Source: an uncultured Alphaproteobacteria bacterium
GTDB taxonomy: Bacteria; Pseudomonadota; Alphaproteobacteria; ATCC43930; CGMCC-115725
DNA length: 40,000 nucleotides
Direction: 5' to 3'
Assembly: GCA_963842175.1 (NCBI GenBank)
Contig: CAWJFM010000023.1
Location: 1,396,751 to 1,436,750 of the forward strand
The position numbers were made by a program, and so were the translations under genes. Within the stretch, counting starts at the first letter, position 1; every line of letters begins with the position of its first letter. Positions 36,930-40,000 of this stretch are shown piece after piece. The notes under the pieces were generated by a model. It did no database searches. It was not told the origin of the DNA and was given only the letters and a program-made list of their open reading frames with translations.

Positions 36930-37700
36930 CTACTCGTTGACGCTCAAGCGTGCCGATCGTGCCGGTCGCATCGGCGAAGGCGCTGAAATCGAATTCCTGG
37001 ATCTCGTAATCGTCGATCTTGGTCGGCAGCGACAGCTTGGTCGCGGTGCAGGCGTTGAGCACGAGCGAGAGGCCGGCCGGAACACCCTGCGTCGTCTTGC
37101 TCGTGTAGAAGGTTGCCTTGAAGGTCGGCGTCGACGCCCATGAACTGGTTGGTCAGCACCAGCTTCTTGCCGGACGCCGTGACATTGTAGAGATAGCTGA
37201 CCAAGAGCGGCGCGCTCGCATCGGCCGAGCTGAAGGTGTAGATGCCGGTCGACAGATTGACCGAATACTGCCCCGCCGACGACGGCGTGGTGACGCGGCG
37301 TGAAGCGGCCGCCGGCATTGTTGCCGGTGGCGTAATAGACGCCGAGGTCGTCGACATAGCTGGCGGCGTTGGCGACCGTCACGGTGAGCGGCGTCGTCGC
37401 CGGAACCGTCGCCGCCTCGTTCTCGGAAACGGTCAGCTGGCCTGCCGCCGGAATCTGCCCGAAAAACAGATCGCCGTAGATCGCGCCGAAGATGCGGGCG
37501 AATTTGGCCTTGCCGGTGATCTTGCCCTGGCCGCGCGCGATATCGACCGGGAATTGGAACTGGCCCCACAATTCCTTGGTCTGCCAGTCCCAGTCGATCT
37601 GCACGTCCTGCAGGATGCCGAACTGGTCGGGGCCGATGCCCGAGCCGGTCACATCCGTGCGGTTGCCCCACAGCGCTCCGGCGCCGAATGCGAGCTGCAT
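36930..37700 (-). CDS. putative major tail (tube) protein; several frame breaks
   Basis: AGGGAG RBS and ATG at 37700: MQLAFGAGALWGNRTDVTGSGIGPDQFGILQDVQIDWDWQTKELWGQFQFPVDIARGQGKITGKAKF... Then QYSVNLSTGIYTFSSADASAPLLVSYLYNVTASGKKLVLTNQFMG, then LNACTATKLSLPTKIDDYEIQEFDFSAFADATGTIGTL, in other frames. Confidence 0.6.
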   Translation of the reverse strand: MQLAFGAGALWGNRTDVTGSGIGPDQFGILQDVQIDWDWQTKELWGQFQFPVDIARGQGKITGKAKFARIFGAIYGDLFFGQIPAAGQLTVSENEAATVPATTPLTVTVANAASYVDDLGVYYATGNNAGGRFTPRHHAVVGGAVFGQSVDRHLHLQLGRCERAALGQLSLQCHGVRQEAGADQPVHGRRRRPSRQPSTRARRRRVFRPASRSCSTPAPRPSCRCRPRSTITRSRNSISAPSPMRPARSARLSVNE

Positions 37701-37906
37701 GTCATAGCACTCCCTGAGGTTAACAGGCGCCGCTTCAGTTCTTCCTTGGCGGCAAAAGCGTGGTTCCAGGCCGGCGTCAGTTGCGCCACCGGCGATCCGG
37801 GAAAATGATCGGCCCACCAGCGTTCCACGATGTCGGCGAGCGATCCCGGCGCGGCCGGAGCGCCCGGTGGCGGCCCCGCAACGCCAGGGCCGGCAGCTTC
37901 TTCCAT
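37649..37906 (-). CDS. hypothetical phage protein
   Basis: AGGAG RBS and ATG at 37906: MEEAAGPGVAGPPPGAPAAPGSLADIVERWWADHFPGSPVAQLTPAWNHAFAAKEELKRRLL. The last ~20 aa overlap the tube gene and may be out of frame. Confidence 0.4.
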   Translation of the reverse strand: MEEAAGPGVAGPPPGAPAAPGSLADIVERWWADHFPGSPVAQLTPAWNHAFAAKEELKRRLLTSGSAMTCSSHSAPERCGATARM

Positions 37907-37918
37907 GATCAGCTCCTG

Positions 37919-38354
37919 CTAAAGGCAGAGGATTTCAACCGGGATGATCGCGACCGCCTGGTCGCGCAGCACCCCTTCTTCGGTTTCGATTTTGCCGGCG
38001 ATGTAGGCGTGCTGGACCATTGCCGGCAGGCCGAGGTCCTGCAGTCCGGGAACCGGCAATGGTGCGAGCGCCGCCTCGACGCCATCGACCAGCGGATTGA
38101 GCACCATCGCCGGCGCCACATACGGGTCGCTCGCATGCGCGTAGACGTAAAGCTCGACGGCCAGCGTCCACACCGTCGGCGCGCCGAGCGTCGGCACCGT
38201 TGCGAGTTCGGATCTTCTGCAGCATGAACAGCGCCGGCTGCTCGGCCGGGGTCAGTTCGCTCCAGTGGCGCCAGCGCCGCTCAGCGGTGACGAAATTGGC
38301 TGCCCCGGCGACCAGCGCGAACAGCGCGGCGTAGATCGGCTCGCGCGTGATCAT
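37919..38354 (-). CDS. tail-completion / head-tail joining protein (DUF3168-like); one frame break near 38210
   Basis: MITREPIYAALFALVAGAANFVTAERRWRHWSELTPAEQPALFMLQK, then (one extra A) SELATVPTLGAPTVWTLAVELYVYAHASDPYVAPAMVLNPLVDGVEAAL... Confidence 0.5.
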
Positions 38355-38379
38355 CGGACGGACGCCTGGCGGACGGCCG

Positions 38380-39018
38380 TCATAGGGCCGCCGCCACGAT
38401 CGCGGGATCGGTCGCGGTGGCGGCGAGGAGGCGGGCAAAGCCCGACACCGGCGCCGTGGCGCGGTATTGCGAAAGCAGCAGCTTTACGTCGTCGCTCATG
38501 TCCTGCTGAGAAAAGCTGACGGTTTCGCTCCCGCCCAAGGCCCGCGACACCTCGCCGATGCGGGTGCGCTCGCGATAGCGCTGGCATACCAGCTCGATGC
38601 AGGCCTGCGCGATGTCGGGCGGTGTCGCCGCGTAGCCGGCGGTATAGGTGACGATCACGTTCTGCGCGCGCCGGGTAAAGACATAGCCGCGCAAGGCCAG
38701 CTCGGTCGGGCTGAACACGTAGCCCGAGCCATATCCGCCACCGCTTGGCGCCGGCGGTATCTCCAGGCCGTCGATCGACAATGACAGCACCGCGGTGACG
38801 GGGAAATTGGCAAAGGCGAGGCGTTGCCCGCCGGTGCCGTCGCGAACTTCCTGCCAATCGGCGGGCGCGATCTGGCGGTTGAGCCAGCTCTGGATGAACT
38901 GGCTCGCCGCGGTGATCAGCCGCGTCAACAGGGTGTCGTCGGTATCCGGAAACGCGGTCTGCCCGGTCTGCAGCCAAGCCTTGACATCGGCCAGGGCGCA
39001 CAGGTCGCCAAACGCCAT
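38380..39018 (-). CDS. head-tail connector (gp6-like) protein
   Basis: ATG at 39018: MAFGDLCALADVKAWLQTGQTAFPDTDDTLLTRLITAASQFIQSWLNRQI...NVIVTYTAGYAATPPDIAQACIELVCQRYRER...DVKLLLSQYR is the typical gp6-like connector pattern. Confidence 0.6.
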   Translation of the reverse strand: MAFGDLCALADVKAWLQTGQTAFPDTDDTLLTRLITAASQFIQSWLNRQIAPADWQEVRDGTGGQRLAFANFPVTAVLSLSIDGLEIPPAPSGGGYGSGYVFSPTELALRGYVFTRRAQNVIVTYTAGYAATPPDIAQACIELVCQRYRERTRIGEVSRALGGSETVSFSQQDMSDDVKLLLSQYRATAPVSGFARLLAATATDPAIVAAAL

Positions 39019-39169
39019 TTGCCGAACTCCGAATCGATGGAGAAAGAAAAAACGCTGTACCGCAAAGGACGCAGAGGATGCGCAAAGGACGCGGTGACGA
39101 CTCAGCGGCGGAAACCGCCTTCGCGTCCTCCGCGAGACCTTTGCGCCCTCGGCGTTGACGCGTTTTCTT

Positions 39170-40000
39170 TTATCCGTTGCCGATATTGGTGATGACGCCC
39201 ATCGCAAACGGGGCATAGACCGCCAGCACCTCTTCGGCGTAGACGCCGACCTGGCGCTGGCGCGTCACCACCGGCCAGTCGATCTGGTAGTAGTCCTGCC
39301 GGGTCTTGACCTCGGCGACGTTCGGCACCTCGTTCGACTGGTACTGGATCGGCAGGTTCTCGGCCCAGCCGATGATCGTGCCGGGGGGCACGCGCGGGTG
39401 GATGCGGACCGGAATGCGCAGCCCGCCGTTCAGCGCGAACGGGTTGAAATAGAACGACACCGCGCCGGCCGCCGCCAGATCGTAGGCGTTGCCGTCGCCG
39501 CTGACCTCGTAGCGCAGCAGCGGCCCCGAGGCGTTGGACAGCACCTTGTTGGTGATGTTCTTCAGCTCCTGCACATTGACGTAGAGCACTGTCGGCGACA
39601 CCTGGTAGAGGTTCCACATGGTCTGGAACATCGTGTCGATCTCGACGACCGAGCCGCGGCCCGAGGCGGTCAAGGGCGTGCCGGTGCCGGCGGTGCCGGT
39701 CGCCATGATATTGACGTAGGCGTTCGAGCCGGATTGCAGCGCGGTCGTCAGGAGCCCGTTATAGGCATAGCTCGGGATTGGCCGAATTGTCGGCGGTGAT
39801 CGCCGTCGCCGCCTGCTGGCCGCTGGCCAGCGGCGCCGCGAAGCTGGCGCTGTTGATCGTGGTGATCGCCTGCAACGTCTCCGAGCCGGCGGTGCCGACA
39901 TACCAGGCGTAGGCGACCGCGCCCGGCGTCGCGGCAACGCTGGCGAACAGCGTCTGGCCCAGGGTCACCGCCTGGGTCGCGTTCGCGCTCTTGTTGGAGG
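39170..40000 (-). CDS. putative major capsid protein; 5' end beyond the window; one frame break near 39775
   Basis: TLGQTLFASVAATPGAVAYAWYVGTAGSETLQAITTINSASFAAPLASGQQAATAITADNSANP (ORF 39759-39968) continues as YAYNGLLTTALQSGSNAYVNIMATGTAGTG...IQYQSNEVPNVAEVKTRQDYYQIDWPVVTRQRQVGVYAEEVLAVYAPFAMGVITNIGNG. Call rests on position just upstream of the connector. Confidence 0.5.

Larger units (their letters stand above)
12239..40000 (-). mobile_element. prophage late region (head, tail, lysis), partial, interrupted at 15814-29024; continues beyond the window
   Basis: Colinear minus-strand module: capsid, connector, tail tube, chaperones, tape measure, DUF2460, DUF2163/BR0599, NlpC/P60, host-specificity proteins, fibre-like protein, GH25 endolysin, small membrane/lipoproteins. 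Many ATGA/TGATG coupled junctions. Confidence 0.7.

Noticed and set aside
29025-40000. Calling the right-hand module a gene transfer agent (GTA) cluster
   Set aside because: The DUF2460 / DUF2163 / NlpC-P60 / host-specificity order is GTA-like. However, the cluster also carries a lysis region, a fibre-like gene and a moron, which fits a prophage better. The left part of the head module is outside the window, so the question stays open.

Overview
High-GC window, probably alphaproteobacterial (inferred from gene content). It has four parts. (1) 1-10560 is chromosomal backbone: an EPS glycosyltransferase and Wza-like exporter, rlpA, two SDRs, leuA and nudC. (2) About 10560-12240 is a lower-GC accessory stretch of small orphan genes, two of them bracketed by a 24-bp perfect inverted repeat. 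(3) 12239-15813 plus 29025-40000 is the late region of a siphovirus-type prophage, all on the minus strand. It runs capsid, connector, tail tube, chaperones, tape measure, a GTA-type distal tail module (DUF2460 / DUF2163-BR0599 / NlpC-P60 / host-specificity proteins), tail-fibre-like protein, GH25 endolysin and small membrane/lipoproteins. (4) 15814-29024 is a 13.2-kb insertion that splits one tail gene exactly. It has 74-bp terminal inverted repeats and a 15-bp target-site duplication. It encodes a Cas1-like protein (547 aa), a family-B DNA polymerase (752 aa) and an SSB. It also carries HTH regulators, a small serine recombinase, a RES-domain protein and an IS remnant. These are the hallmarks of a casposon (Cas1-dependent self-synthesizing transposon), here in a bacterium, in a prophage target and with an unusual gene complement. 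This is the main finding. Caveat: many genes in the backbone, prophage and insertion carry 1-nt frame breaks, so the ORF track is fragmented there and I rebuilt several genes by eye. All homology calls are by-eye motif recognition, not searches.
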